Shown here: positions 15,172 to 27,338 of the stretch, piece by piece
Layout of the letters: each line of letters starts with the position of its first letter
Position numbering within the stretch: position 1 is the first letter of the stretch
NCBI GenBank assembly: GCA_031835245.2
Contig: JAVKOQ020000007.1
Span: forward strand, 186,001 to 250,000
Direction: 5' to 3'
DNA length: 64,000 nt
From: Balamuthia mandrillaris
Lineage: Eukaryota
The notes under the pieces: model-generated
Databases searched by the model: none
The model's input: only the letters and a program-made list of their open reading frames with translations
Told to the model about the DNA's origin: nothing
Made by a program: the position numbers and the translations under genes

Positions 15172-16130
15172 TTATCCACTCTTTGGCCGTTTGTTATGTT
15201 TCAACGTGTACAATTGATGGGACAGAGCTTCTCTATCTCGTTCCAACGAAGGAAATGCCTCCAAGAGAGGACCGCAAGCGGCCGCTTCGTTCAGCAACGT
15301 CTCTGCCCTCTGCAAGTACTGCATGCTTTCGGTGGGGTCTTGTCCTTCTTGCTCTTGCCTTTCTCTCGTTCTTCTTTCTTCCGTGACCTTGTTGAGCAGC
15401 ATTCTTGCATAGCGTAACCGTAGCATTAGATGTTCTTGTTCAGCGGTTCTTGGACCACGTTGTTGTTGAGTTGGCGAATGGGCCAACATGCTCTCGTACT
15501 GTCGTTGAGCCAAGCCGAACATGTGCCTTTCTTGTTCCGCTTCGCTCATTTCTTCTTCTTCCTCTTCTTCAGAGGAATCTTCTTCTTCATTACGGGAGGA
15601 AGAAGAAGAACTGGAGGCAGCGGTGCTTCGATAGGATAAAGAAGGGTCTGGTGGGTTGCGCCATGTGCACGTGCTGGGAGCTTGTTGGGCTGTCTTCTGA
15701 GGATCCAACTTTGCTGCTCTTGACAACAACTCGTTTGCCTTTTTCGAAACGAAAGATCAGAATCTCAACGGATAACTGAAGCGAGAAAAATAACTACTTG
15801 CATGTCAAGTGCGGTAATTTGTGAAACCACTTGCTGGGCAGTGATGTTTGAGGGCAGGGCATCAACGCCGACTTCCCCTCCATGCCGCCTGCGCTCCCAT
15901 TCATGCAGTTCCTGTTGCAAAGCCCTGGCCTTCCGTGAAAGTAGCGTCCCTACAGCCAACAGAAGATCAACGTCCTCTGGCCGTTGGCTCAACTGTAACT
16001 GAAGCTTTAGAGCGCAACGTCAAACACATGAGTCAAGGTCACAACAAACATAACGTGAGCGAAAGCAAGGTGGCCGCACCTCTTCCAGCGCAAGTGCAGA
16101 GGGCGTGGCATCTTGTTTTCTTTCTTCCAT
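15172..16130 (-). CDS. Hypothetical helical (TPR-like) protein, 3 exons
   Basis: Spliced reading MEERKQDATPSALALEE|LQLQLSQRPEDVDLLLAVGTLL...LSRAAKLDP...LRLRYARML; no firm family. Confidence 0.6.
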
Positions 16131-16398
16131 TTGCGTGTCGACAGGTAAATTTTGTCGACAAGAAAGATTCCTAACCAATGGTCAATCAAAAAAATTTGCA
16201 TGCCTGAAATTTCTCCATCCCAAAATCAAACCCAAATTCTTCTTTGAAATTTATTGGTGCAAAGAAGAACAAAAAAAAAAAAATCACCAGCTGGTGGGTG
16301 TGCATTGCGGCTGGTGGTGGCGTGTGGTGCCAGTGTCAAAACAAAGCGCGCGCTACGTTTTGAACTTCTTCTTTCGCACTACACTGGAAACACTTTTT

Positions 16399-17802
16399 AT
16401 GCTACCACGTACCATCCCTCCGAGTGCAGCAGGTGACAAACTCCTCCTTTTTTTTTTGCTCTCTCTACTCCATTTTCTTTTCCTGTAACCAACCACTCGA
16501 GTGTGTGCTTTTTTTTTTTCTTGTGCTGCTCCTCCTCTTTGTGAAGAACAGGGCCAGCAAGAATGGAAACAAGGGCAAAGAGGAAGGCAAAGGGGAGGGA
16601 AGAGGTTATACAGGACAATGAGCCTAAAAAGAACGGCCGAACGAAGGGACGGGCCAAGAAAAAAGAGACAAAAGAACCCCCAAAGAAGAAAAGAAGAGCC
16701 ACAACAACTAAAGTATGTGTTTGCTTCTCTCACTCACCCGCACTCTCTCGTGCTTTCTTGATACTTTGCTCACATGCTTTGGCACTAAACAAGAGTAACA
16801 AGAAAGGTAGTAGCAAGGTGGGCAAGTTTACCTGTGATCGCCTAAGAAAGTGGTTCCAAAGTTATGTTGGTGAGTAGTTGCACACCTCCTTGTTGTGGTA
16901 ATGGCCATTCAGTTCTTGTTCTGTTGTTGTGGCCAACTGTCCTTTCGTTTCCTTCTTTCGCTCAAGCAAGCCATGCAATGGTTGCCTTGCAAAGCTAACT
17001 TGAACTTGTACCTACGTAGACCCTCAAGAACCAGGAGAAATGGGTCCTGATGGGATTGTACAGTTTTGTAAAGATGTGGAAGTATCGCCAGAAGATGTAC
17101 GTACAGAGCTGCCCTGTCACGCATTTTCTTTTCATTCGCATTTTCTGTCATTTGAGTGACCACAAACGGGTGTCATTGCAGGTTGTTTTGTTAGTGTTGG
17201 CTTTTCATCTGAAAGCGGAACGAATGGGATACTTTACAGAAGAAGAGTTTATGCGTCTTTCAGAAATGAAGTAACGCCTCCTTTCCTCTCAATCACTCGC
17301 CGAGACATGAGAAAGCAAAGAACTCACCCACTCTTTGTGGTACAACATTTGCAGAGTTGATACACCACAGAGAATGCAACAGCTTTTAACAGACCTTCGT
17401 TCGTCGTTGTCCGATGAAAAAGTGTTCAAGCAGGTGTACGACTTTTCGTTTGTATTTGCCAAAGATACGGGGCAAAAAGCTCTCGGTACTTCTATCTTCC
17501 TTTCTTGATAACGAAAGCACAAAAAGAACTAACTAACTTTTATGTGGTGGTCTAATGGATGAATGCAAGATAAGGAAATGGCAGCTGAGCTCTGGTTACT
17601 GCTGATGGGGGATCGTGCTCACACTAGATCATTTGCCAGCTTTGTGCAGCAGCAAACAGACTACAAAGTTATCAACAAAGACCAATGGAGCACCTTTTTC
17701 GAATTTTCGAGGAGTATAAACGAAGACTTTTCCAATTATGACGCTAATTCTGCGTGTAAGTATTCATTTGGTCCCTTTTTTTTGCTTTGGTCACGTTATT
17801 GA

Positions 17803-17837
<35 letters not shown>

Positions 17838-17953
17838 TTTTGTTCTCTTTTTTCCTTTCTTTCTTCCTGTGTGAATTGGCAGGGCCTGTGCTGTTTGATG
17901 ATTATGTGGAATGGCGCCAAAATGGTCAAGCAGAGAAAGGAGAACGGAACTGA
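16399..17953 (+). CDS. DCN1: DCN1-like cullin neddylation E3 (PONY domain, basic N-terminus, no UBA); start 16399 or 16563
   Basis: [65 protein letters not shown]. Confidence 0.93.
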
Positions 17954-18389
17954 AGGGACGGCATACGAGCAAAATGGCGATTACGCCACCCTTTGTTTCT
18001 TCTTCTTTGGTCTACTCTCGATTTAAATTTTCCTTAACGGTTGTCCCGTCCTTTGACAAATTTGATCATTTGGTATCCTAACGACGCTTTTAGATTTCCA
18101 AATGAGGAGGAGAAAACCCCTTTAAACAATGTAACCTCGGATCGACTTTTGACGGAGAATGGGAGAATTACGTAAACGCTTCGGGTTTGTACCATGGAAC
18201 GAACTGTTGTTTTTTTTTTCTGCTGCTGGAATTGAAAAAAAGTCAGACAGAGGCGGTTGGTTTTCTTTCGAGCAGGAGAAACCAGGAGCGGCGTTGGTAG
18301 TGTCTGAGGTTGGCGGAAGAGAGAGGGCGTGTGCTCTAAATCAGTTCATGCGACAGCTACTGATTTCAGTAACATTATTATAGTACTGG

Positions 18390-20576
18390 ATGTGGGGCCT
18401 CGGGGATTCCCACTACGGCAAGGCGAACCGGCTCGACTCGTTCCCTTCCACTGAACCATATACAATCCCAGAGCCAACTAATCCCAAAACAAGCCATGAG
18501 GACGGTTCACAAAGGAGAGCGTTTAGAGCGACCCCTCCGTCCGGCCGAGCGGATGCGGCTTGTAGTGGTAGAAGCGAAGCTGACGAAGAGGAGGATGTTA
18601 CAGAGATCCACCACTACCCTGTTACCACAAGCCATCATCACGACACCCCTCCCTCCAGAACTTCAACTTCAACTTCAGCGCCGTCTTCTTTTTCTTCGGT
18701 TTCAACCTGTTCCGGGCAGGTAGCCCACCAACAAGTACAACCGTTCCGCTGGGAGCCAGTCACTTTGCCGGACACGGAACCTCAAAAAAGATTGCAACCA
18801 TCCTCCCCTTACCTCCCTCTTTCAACTCAATCTGCTCATTCTCTTCTGCCCCATCACCCATTGTCGCTGCAATTTTCTTCCACAAGACCGAATGCAGCAG
18901 AGAGCAAGAATTCGGCACATAAAATTGAAGTTAGCATTCAAGTGCCTTCCATATGCACTTTATGGTTGTTGCTGAAACCTACCAATTCTCTTGCGGAGGT
19001 TTGCCCTCTAGTTGAAAGATATGTTTTGGAGCTCTATCGAACAGCCGTTCGCGTAGACAAGTTGCAAGATCTGACCTTTGAAAATATCGACCTGCCATTA
19101 TCATGTTTGTTGGGACAACTGCCTTCTTTCAAGAAAGACGATCGTACACAAATGTTTCTTTCAGTGGAATACACGACTCTTACACGCTCATCTCTCCAGA
19201 CCTGTCCTACCACCACATCCTCTCCTCCTGACAGTCTTCTCTACCCGTATCATCATCTCCCAGACAATAATTCTACCATTCCCATTAAACGCATTCATCC
19301 TTCTACCCCTTCTCAATGCCTACCAGAATATTCTAGCTCCCCTTTTCACCGCCACGCGGATGGCGAACCTCCTGGTAGCAACACCAGTCCCGCGTCCTAT
19401 CTTCATCAGCGTTTCCCCCCACTGCGTTTTTCCGGACGGTTGCCCTCGCATTCTTCCCTATCAGCTTCCATTAACACCCGATCGACGCGATATCATTCGG
19501 CAGATAGTGTTTCAATCTCACCCTTCAGCAACAGTGATGGTTATCCTATGGGCTCGTTCAGTTCGTCGTTTGATCATCTGCCAAAAGAGCTTCCTATTTA
19601 TTGCCATCAACAACAACTCCAGTCTGGCGGTGTGGGAGTGAAGGGATATGCTGGACGAAAGCGGACAAATGGTGAGTGCATGAACGTGGGACGGGCAACG
19701 AAGAATCCGTCTGAACCTGCTGAAAAGAAAAACAGTTACCAGAGAGGTGATGCCAAGAAACCAAGGAACTCAGGTTTGGCCGCTGAGGACGAGGATGGCG
19801 GGGATGCAAAAACCTCAGATTTCCGAGGCTTGTCTACAGCTCCTACCCCTGCCCCAACTTTACCTCAGTACCGTTTGAAAGTGGTGGATGCTGTGCCTCA
19901 AAATGTCACGCAAAACAAAGAGTTCTGCTTCAGCACATGCGTCATGGGAGATGGCCCGGATCTCGAAAAAGCATTTCAAAGTACACGCAATCCAGACAGC
20001 AGCGAGGAGCGACGACCTCTTACCAACCTTCCCTTACGTAAGAGGATCACTGAAGAAGAGGAAGAAAGAACCCTAATGGCGGAAAAAGGTGAGGGAGAAT
20101 TGAAAAAAGCAACGGTAAACGGTCCTCTTCAACTGACGGTTTGGGAAGAAGCGAGCAAAGCACAAGTTTCAAGCAAAGATGTGGCAATCCGAAGCTTTAT
20201 CATGGACGCAAAGAACAGGACAGTTGTGTTCTTCGTGAAGATAAAAAAGAACTCATACTATGGCCGCAAAAGATACATCTTGCGCATAGAAGGGAAAGAC
20301 ATTCTTTTCAATCAAGTGGAGCCTTTTGAGTCCACTCCTTTTGTTGTGTCTGCCAAGAACAAAGCTCACATTACTCGTGGGCGAAGTGCCTCAGATCCAT
20401 CTCTCCGCCCTCTTCTTCGTGTATCCACTCCCTCAACAGGACAGGACCTCCTCCACCGTTCCTCTTGTGCTTCGCTATTTCCCCCTAACCAATTCTCATC
20501 ATCTACTCTCAGCCCTTCTTCATTTGCTTCTGTATCCCTATCCCTTCCTGAGTCCCCTGCAGAGGATTTTCCCTAA
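18390..20576 (+). CDS. 728-aa intronless protein, S/P-rich, with two putative folded domains (ubiquitin-like; Ig-fold DNA-binding-like)
   Basis: Long uninterrupted ORF; the domain assignment is pattern inference only. Confidence 0.75.
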   Translation: MWGLGDSHYGKANRLDSFPSTEPYTIPEPTNPKTSHEDGSQRRAFRATPPSGRADAACSGRSEADEEEDVTEIHHYPVTTSHHHDTPPSRTSTSTSAPSSFSSVSTCSGQVAHQQVQPFRWEPVTLPDTEPQKRLQPSSPYLPLSTQSAHSLLPHHPLSLQFSSTRPNAAESKNSAHKIEVSIQVPSICTLWLLLKPTNSLAEVCPLVERYVLELYRTAVRVDKLQDLTFENIDLPLSCLLGQLPSFKKDDRTQMFLSVEYTTLTRSSLQTCPTTTSSPPDSLLYPYHHLPDNNSTIPIKRIHPSTPSQCLPEYSSSPFHRHADGEPPGSNTSPASYLHQRFPPLRFSGRLPSHSSLSASINTRSTRYHSADSVSISPFSNSDGYPMGSFSSSFDHLPKELPIYCHQQQLQSGGVGVKGYAGRKRTNGECMNVGRATKNPSEPAEKKNSYQRGDAKKPRNSGLAAEDEDGGDAKTSDFRGLSTAPTPAPTLPQYRLKVVDAVPQNVTQNKEFCFSTCVMGDGPDLEKAFQSTRNPDSSEERRPLTNLPLRKRITEEEEERTLMAEKGEGELKKATVNGPLQLTVWEEASKAQVSSKDVAIRSFIMDAKNRTVVFFVKIKKNSYYGRKRYILRIEGKDILFNQVEPFESTPFVVSAKNKAHITRGRSASDPSLRPLLRVSTPSTGQDLLHRSSCASLFPPNQFSSSTLSPSSFASVSLSLPESPAEDFP

Positions 20577-20704
20577 GAATCAGGGCGTTTTAGTGTCGTC
20601 ACTTCCGAACACAACGCAAGAGAAATGTACTAACCAACCTTTTTATGAAAGCAAAAAAAAAAAAAAAAAAAACAAACAAACAAACAAACAAACAAACAAA
20701 CTTC

Positions 20705-20911
20705 TTACCATGTTTTATCTTGTGTCTCATCAGCATTCCTGTCAACTAGTCGCAGCCGCTCGTCGATTTTCTGCTGTAGCCAGGAGGTAGAGCCGTAGCT
20801 TCCCGCCACACCAACGGAGAGCGGGAGGCCTAAAAGAACTGGTGACGTCCCTACCCTTTTTCTTTGCACAGAAGTAAGTTAACCTTTATTTAATACTTTC
20901 CTCTCGTTCGC

Positions 20912-20953
<42 letters not shown>

Positions 20954-21933
20954 GTGAAGGGATACCTCAGCTTAGAGGAACTGATCAGCAACACAGACGC
21001 TGTTAGTAATGTGAGGCCAGCACCAAACAAAGAGAAGGTTTGATCCCGCACGTAGCCAGGTTCTAGCACATAGGCAGGCAGGGTATACATGCTCTCTATC
21101 CTTGGCTTCAGACTTTGCCAGAATGTTTGTGTGTCGTTGTCCAGTCGTTGGCTATTACTCTCGTAGAGAGCGACCCGTCGATCGATGGCATTGCTAAGGT
21201 CTCCCCAAGTACTCAGTTCTGCTCCGTTCAGATCATGAAGAGCAACGGTGGCGTCATGGCTCCAGGAAGCCGCAAAAGATGAGTCACCTCGTGAAGCAGC
21301 TGATTGATGAGATGCTTGTGGAAGGAAAGAAGGGAGTAGAGATAAAGGAAATGGAGGAGTAGAAGCAGTTGTAGGGTTGAGCGGGCGATAGGAGAGTGGA
21401 AACATGGTGCCAGGGGTGCTGTACTGTCGACATAGAAGCTCTGCTTGCAGCAGGCAAGCCGGACACTGCAAGGATAGGGAGGAAGGAAAGTTCGGGTCTG
21501 TGATGGAAGTACCTTTGTAGTGCCGCGGCACAAGGCTGGCCGACAACATGCAAACAAATCGGATTAGTTCGGAACAGGGCGTGGTGAAGCAAAGAAGGAA
21601 CAAAACTCACTTGTCAACGTCGCTTGAACCACCTTCTTTATGCTCTTCTGGAGGCAGGTCATACACAAACTCGATTTCCAAGTTGAGCGCATCCTCCCGA
21701 AAGAAACCAACAATACGTTCCCACCACAAAGCGCTCTTTAATTGTCGCTCTTTTGCTTTGTGCAAACGAAAGGAGGTGAGGCGAGCGGTAGTGGTGGGCC
21801 AACCTGCACTCTGATAGCCCGCGTAGAGGTTGACGGAAGAATGGACCACCATAGGCGTTCCCACAAAAACGGACCCTACAATAAACCTTGTCAACCACTT
21901 GGCAGTGGGCTCCTTCCCTGCTTGTTGTTGCAT
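20705..21933 (-). CDS. Hypothetical membrane protein, DUF3592-like, 3 exons
   Basis: TM helix, then SAGWPTTTARL...LEIEFVYDL..., AYVLEPG, then two C-terminal hydrophobic segments. Confidence 0.55.
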
Positions 21934-21935
21934 CG

Positions 21936-22030
21936 TTTGCTTTGTTTTGTTTTGTTTTGTTTTTGATTTTTTGTTTTGTTTTTTTGTTTTTTTGTTTTTT
22001 TGTTTTTTTGTTTTTTTGTTTTTTTGTTTT
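21936..22030. repeat. (TTTTG)/(TTTTTTTG)n T-rich repeat immediately 5' of the DUF3592-like ATG
   Basis: Direct reading. Confidence 0.85.
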
Positions 22031-22158
22031 TCTTGGCGTGAAATGGTCTACCCGCCCGCCCAGGTAACACATCACGACCCCTCAATACTCAACTATTGTC
22101 TCTCTTTCTTTCTAAGCCCGGCCAATCCGATAGTGTACCAGACAAATAATGTGCTTTA

Positions 22159-23133
22159 TCAGAGATGAGCCCAGTCTTTGGGGCAAAGAATGTCGTGAAT
22201 GAGGTTGTGTTCAGGGGAACCTGGTTCTGGCTGCCAGTTATACGGAAACCGCACCAGAGGAGGCATCGACATAAGGATGGACTCCACACGGCCCTCGGAC
22301 TGGAGGCCAAATTTGGTACCGCGGTCATAGAGGAGGTTGAACTCGACGTAGCGGGACCTGCGGTACAGCTGGAACTGACGCTGTTGGTGAGTGACCACTT
22401 GCTGTCTTCCTGCCTGTATGAATGGCGCGTAGAGCTCAGTGAAGTTCATGCCCAGGTCCACCACGAACTCGAATAGTTGCTGCTTCGAGGGCCGGTCATC
22501 GCCTTCGGTAGCTTCATCGCTGCCGCTTGTTGTTGCTGGTTGTTCGCAGTTGAGATGGTCGAAGAACAGACCGCCAACACCTCTGGCCTCTTTGCGGTGG
22601 GGTAGGTAGAAGTACTCGTCGCAGTGCTTCTTGTGAGCAGCATAGTCCTGACCCCACTTCTCGCAAATACGCTTTAGGCTTTTGTGGAACTCAATGACAA
22701 GCTCCTTGTTGACGTAGTAGGGAGTGACGTCCACTCCTCCGCCGAACCACCAACGAGGTCCACACTCAAAGTAGCGAATGTTGAAGTGGATGGTGGGCAC
22801 GTGAGGGGTGCGTGGGTGCAGCACTAAACTTACGCCAGTAGCGTGAAAGGGAGTGTCGGGAGGGATCTTGAACTGAGTAGCGGCGCTTTGAGGCATGCTC
22901 TGACCGACAATGCCGGAGAAGTTCACCCCACCTTTCTCAAGAAGGACCTCCTCGTCGCCTTCCTCCGCCTCCCACACTCGGGTTCTTCCTCCGCCGCTGC
23001 CTTTTTGATATTGCCACAGATCTTCATTGTAACGCTGCCCGCTTTGTTCCTCCAAGAACGCACAGATGTGGTCCTGCACTTTCTTAAAGCCATCCTCTAT
23101 TTGGGTGGTGTTTGGTCCGTCACACTCCTCCAT
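22159..23133 (-). CDS. hemF: Oxygen-dependent coproporphyrinogen III oxidase, intronless
   Basis: EKGGVNFS, HPRTPHVPTIHFNIRYF, WWFGGG, EARGVGGLFFD, RRSRYVEFNLLYDRGTKFGL, RVESILMSMP. Confidence 0.97.
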   Translation of the reverse strand: MEECDGPNTTQIEDGFKKVQDHICAFLEEQSGQRYNEDLWQYQKGSGGGRTRVWEAEEGDEEVLLEKGGVNFSGIVGQSMPQSAATQFKIPPDTPFHATGVSLVLHPRTPHVPTIHFNIRYFECGPRWWFGGGVDVTPYYVNKELVIEFHKSLKRICEKWGQDYAAHKKHCDEYFYLPHRKEARGVGGLFFDHLNCEQPATTSGSDEATEGDDRPSKQQLFEFVVDLGMNFTELYAPFIQAGRQQVVTHQQRQFQLYRRSRYVEFNLLYDRGTKFGLQSEGRVESILMSMPPLVRFPYNWQPEPGSPEHNLIHDILCPKDWAHL

Positions 23134-23526
23134 TGGCGTTTGTGGCTGGATTGTCCTCTCTCCTCTGGTATTTTTTTTTTTGCCGACCTGATTGCTCCCA
23201 TTTTTGCTGTTAACTAACCCACCGCTTTTCCGGGAAAATTCGGGGGCAAATGGGAGGGAAATTTGACCGATTTAGGACATGCTCGGTTTTATCGACGTCC
23301 ATCTGTTGATTGTTGCTGTTCACTCCCCCATGCCCGAGTGACGGATGTTGTTGTTTGTGTTGACCAAGGCAACCATTTGCTTTACTGGAAATGTGTGGAA
23401 ACCTATTTCTACGCACACTTTTTTTTTCTCTTCTTTCTTTCTTCTCTTTTTGATACCGTCAAACCAAACCGAACCCAACACGCCCCCTAACTCTAGCTCC
23501 CCGACTCACCTCCCAGAACAAGCAGC

Positions 23527-23874
23527 ATGAAAGTGAAGGACGCCCCTTTTCGGTTGGACTGTGCCAAGATGATAGGCAACAGCGAGTACGTGTTTTACGA
23601 ACCTATTTCGCTTGGAGACTTCACGTTGCATTGTTGGCAAGAAAAGACAAGGGAAGGACGGTATCAAGGAGCTAGGTCTCATCTGAAAGGCAATGCCTCT
23701 CTAGAGCGGTTCTCGTTGTCTCTCTACGAGGATGGACAGATTGTCATTCCTGCACGTGACCGCCGGTTCAGTGGCTTTGCGTGGGCCAAACAAGCAGAGA
23801 GCTCTTGCTTGGATACTCGAACGTTGCAACAAGCCATCAAAGACATTTGTACCGCTGCGCTGCGAAAAAAATGA
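23527..23874 (+). CDS. 115-aa intronless hypothetical protein
   Basis: ATG-initiated ORF with globular-looking composition, divergent from hemF. Confidence 0.6.
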   Translation: MKVKDAPFRLDCAKMIGNSEYVFYEPISLGDFTLHCWQEKTREGRYQGARSHLKGNASLERFSLSLYEDGQIVIPARDRRFSGFAWAKQAESSCLDTRTLQQAIKDICTAALRKK

Positions 23875-24094
23875 TTTCAAACACTGCTTTCCTTCTGTTG
23901 CAAAAACTGTTCACAACGGGTGAGAGAGAGTCAGAGAGTTCAGAGAGCAGAGAAAAGCGGGAAAATAGATGAGAGGAGAAGATAAGAAGCGCGGGAAGAG
24001 GACGCTGAAAGAAAGAATAACGAAATTGAGAGGCGAGCAGAGTGCAGACTTGGTAACATTTTATAAACACAAACAAGGATGACAGTGAATACGC

Positions 24095-25239
24095 TTACTG
24101 CCGTGGCTTGTTGAGGAAACGGAGAGAAAAATAGGCTGCAAGCCTGGAAACGATGATCATGCCCACAAGGAAGATGATGTCCCCCCACACGTTCGTCTCC
24201 ACGTTCAGGTGATCAATTACGTCATCCCCCGTGATTGGGTCCGATGTGTAGGTTGATGGGTTGGAAGGGGTGAACTCCAGGTCGGAGGAGAGTTCGAACT
24301 CGTTCAACAAGGCCAGCTCGTAACTGTACTTCACGATGGACAACCACCGAGCCCATGCCACCCACACCGCAAGGTTCTCTCTGCTCACAAAGAATCCACC
24401 CAGCAGCACTGAGCCAAGCATGATGATGATGGACATGGTCATCGCGGTCTTGATGTTGACGATGGTAGCACCGATGAAAGTGCCAATTCCATCTCCGAGG
24501 AGCACGAACAACCACAAGATGACAATGTAGAAGATGAAGGTGTAGCCGTCGTCTGACAGCCCCACCATCCAGTAGGTGATGCAAGCGAACATGAAGGGGA
24601 GAAGCAACTGCAAGGGCGTCTCAGCGATCATCTTGCCAATGAAGTAGGAAGACAAGCGGTAATTTCCGGTGGCACGTTCTTTGTTCAGCACCGCCCTTTC
24701 CGGAGGAACTGTTAAATAGTTGTTGGATCAGTTTGCGTAAAGGATGAGGGATTGAGAAGAGAGATAACGAGGCGAGAAGAGTATACATACAGCCATAAAG
24801 AGCTGACATCCATGGGTGCAATATCCAAAACATAGTAGAAAAAAACAGAAAACCAGTCCGATCAGGAATGGCCGTTTCATCTTTGTCCATTTGGAACCAG
24901 ATGAACCCGGAAAGAAGTGAGATGAGAAGCATCTGAATGACGTTCATCCAGGAGAGAATGTCGTGACGTCGTTGCTTGAAGGCACGATTGGCCAGCACCC
25001 AAGTCTGTTGCAACATGCCCGTCGGATACTTGGCCCCCTTCTTCATGTCCACCAACCCTTCTTCCATCTCCTCGTCGATCTTCAGAGGCTTACCGTCTGC
25101 CGTGGAATCCTTTTGGAATTCCTCTGCGTAGTTGTCGATGAGCAGTTGTCTCACCGTTCGTCCATCACTGGTCTTCTCATCCGAGGTCACCACCTCCACT
25201 TTTGGGGAAGCAGTGTGATCAGCCCTTTGTTTTCGAAAG

Positions 25240-25280
<41 letters not shown>

Positions 25281-26591
25281 AGAACGTACACATGAAGTCA
25301 GCAGGATTGTAGTTGGAAGGAGAGTGAAGCCCCAGGCTGGCAAAGTAGGGCAGCACCCCAGCCGCGCTCCCAGAGTACACCACAAACCCGCCCTCCGCCA
25401 AGAGGATGACGTTGTCGAACATCATGAACATGGCGGAGGAAGGTTGATGAATGGTGGTCACCACGGTGTGACCGCTCTTGGCCAGGTTCTTCAACGACAC
25501 GATCAATCCCAGAGAGGTTGCTGCATCCAAACCTGTCGTTGTGGTTCCCACCCACCCCCCAATGGAAGGCAAAGCAACAACATGTCAGCCAGGAGGACGA
25601 AACAGAAAGGGAAGGAGACCAATTGGAGAAGGAGGAGGGGGGGAGGGGGGGGGAAGCGGACCGGAGGTGGGTTCGTCAAGAAAGATGAGGGAAGGGTTGT
25701 TGACAAGTTCGTTGGCAATGTTGGTCCTCTTGCGCTCTCCTCCGGAGATGCCTCGCACAAAGGCTCCTCCAATGATGGTGTTGGAGCAGCGCTGAAGGCC
25801 CAGCTCGGTGAGGACCTCGTCCACGCGCTCTCGCTTGGCTTGCGGGGAGAGGTCCTTGGGGAGCTTGAGGAGGGCGGTGTAGGTCACCGTGTCTCGCACG
25901 GTGAGGTTGGGGAAGAAGAGGTCGTCCTGCAGGACGTAGGCCATCCGCCGTTTGAACCGTCGCCCCGACACCTCCTCCCCATTCACCAGGATGTCTCCCG
26001 TCACGTTCATCTTCACCCTCCGTGCCAACACGTTCAACAATGTTGTCTGCACACCCATCCACGCACACAGAGGAAGAGAGAAGAGAGAAGAGAGAGCGAG
26101 AGAAGAGAGAAATGGGCGGAGTTGTTGGTTGAAAGTCATGGGAGGTGGACAAGAAGAGGGAGACAAACCTTGCCGGAACCAGTGGGACCCATGATGGCGA
26201 TGACATTGCCAGGAGCCACTTTGCCGGAGATATTGTTGAGGATGGGCACTTCGATCTTGGTCTTGAGGGGTTCGGTGAGCATGGCAGGGATAGGCAGCTT
26301 GAGCAAGAGGCGGAGGAAGAGGTTCTCCGGAGGTTTGGGGATGACGACTTTGTAGTTGAGGTTGCGCCATTCCAGGGAGATGGGATGCTTGGGAGTGTGG
26401 CCGGAGAATGGGCAGGGCTGGTTGACCTTGGCGTACTTGGAGACCACCCCCAGCTCCTCGTCCCCCAGCACGGAGCTGGCAAGCTGTTCCTCTTTGCTGC
26501 CGCCAGCATGCTCCTCCAGGTGCTCTTCCCCCTCGGAGAGGGAGTGATCATCGTCGCTGGAGGAGGAGGAGGATGTGCCAATGGAACTCAT
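24095..26591 (-). CDS. ABCG (White-family) half transporter, NBD then TMD, multi-exon
   Basis: Walker A GPTGSGK|TT, Q-loop AYVLQDD, signature ISGGERKR, Walker B IFLDEPTS|GLD, TIHQP, C-terminal ABC2 membrane domain. Confidence 0.97.
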
Positions 26592-27338
26592 GCTGATATG
26601 TGTGTTTTCTTTCGTTTCTTTGTTGTTGTTGTTGTTTCAAGCAATGCAAGGGAGCATCCCATGGAGGAGTTACCAATAAATAGTGGGGGTCCATCGGGGT
26701 TTTTTTGTTTTTGTTCGGCCGACATCGCAAATTAATCAGCCTATCGCTATGACTCGGGGGATTCCGAGAGATTTCCTCCTTCCGGTTTCCTGACATCTTC
26801 TCACTCTGCCGCTTGGCGAGGACGGGAGAGAGGAGAGGACGGAGAGAGGCAGAGAAGAGAGAGGAACAGAGGAGAGGAGAGAGGAGAAGGAAGAGGACAG
26901 GAGGTTGGCCGACCAACCGAGGAAGGATTTTTGACCAAAGACCAAGAGAGGCTAAACAGGGAAAAAATCACGAGAAGTGTCACAGAGAGAAGCGTGCACG
27001 CAGTGGTACGTGTCTGGCAGAGGAGCGAGTCTCAAGACAAAGGGGAAAGGGGACCGGTAAGGTATTTTCTTTTTTCAAAAAGGGTGTTTTCGATTTTGAT
27101 TGTCATACGAATAAAGGGGCAACGCAAACCTCCTTTATTCATACCGATAACGAGAAAATTAGCATTGCCGTGAAAAACTAGACATGAACGAGAGAGAAAG
27201 AGCAAAAGAGAGAAATCGGAGATGGAAAGAAAGAGCAAAGTCGCTAGGAAGAGAACGCAGCAGCCTCAAAGTGGGGCCGTGGATCAAAAAAAAGTGTGTT
27301 ATCTTCTCGATTTTGATTGTCATCCTTACGCAGGGGCA

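Noticed and set aside
18390..20576. Long intronless ORF as transposase, Fanzor or viral gene
   Set aside because: No DDE, RuvC, RT or zinc-ribbon motifs, and no terminal repeats seen
25324..26581. 343-aa and 301-aa ORFs over ABCG
   Set aside because: Antisense or shifted frames of GC3-rich ABCG exons
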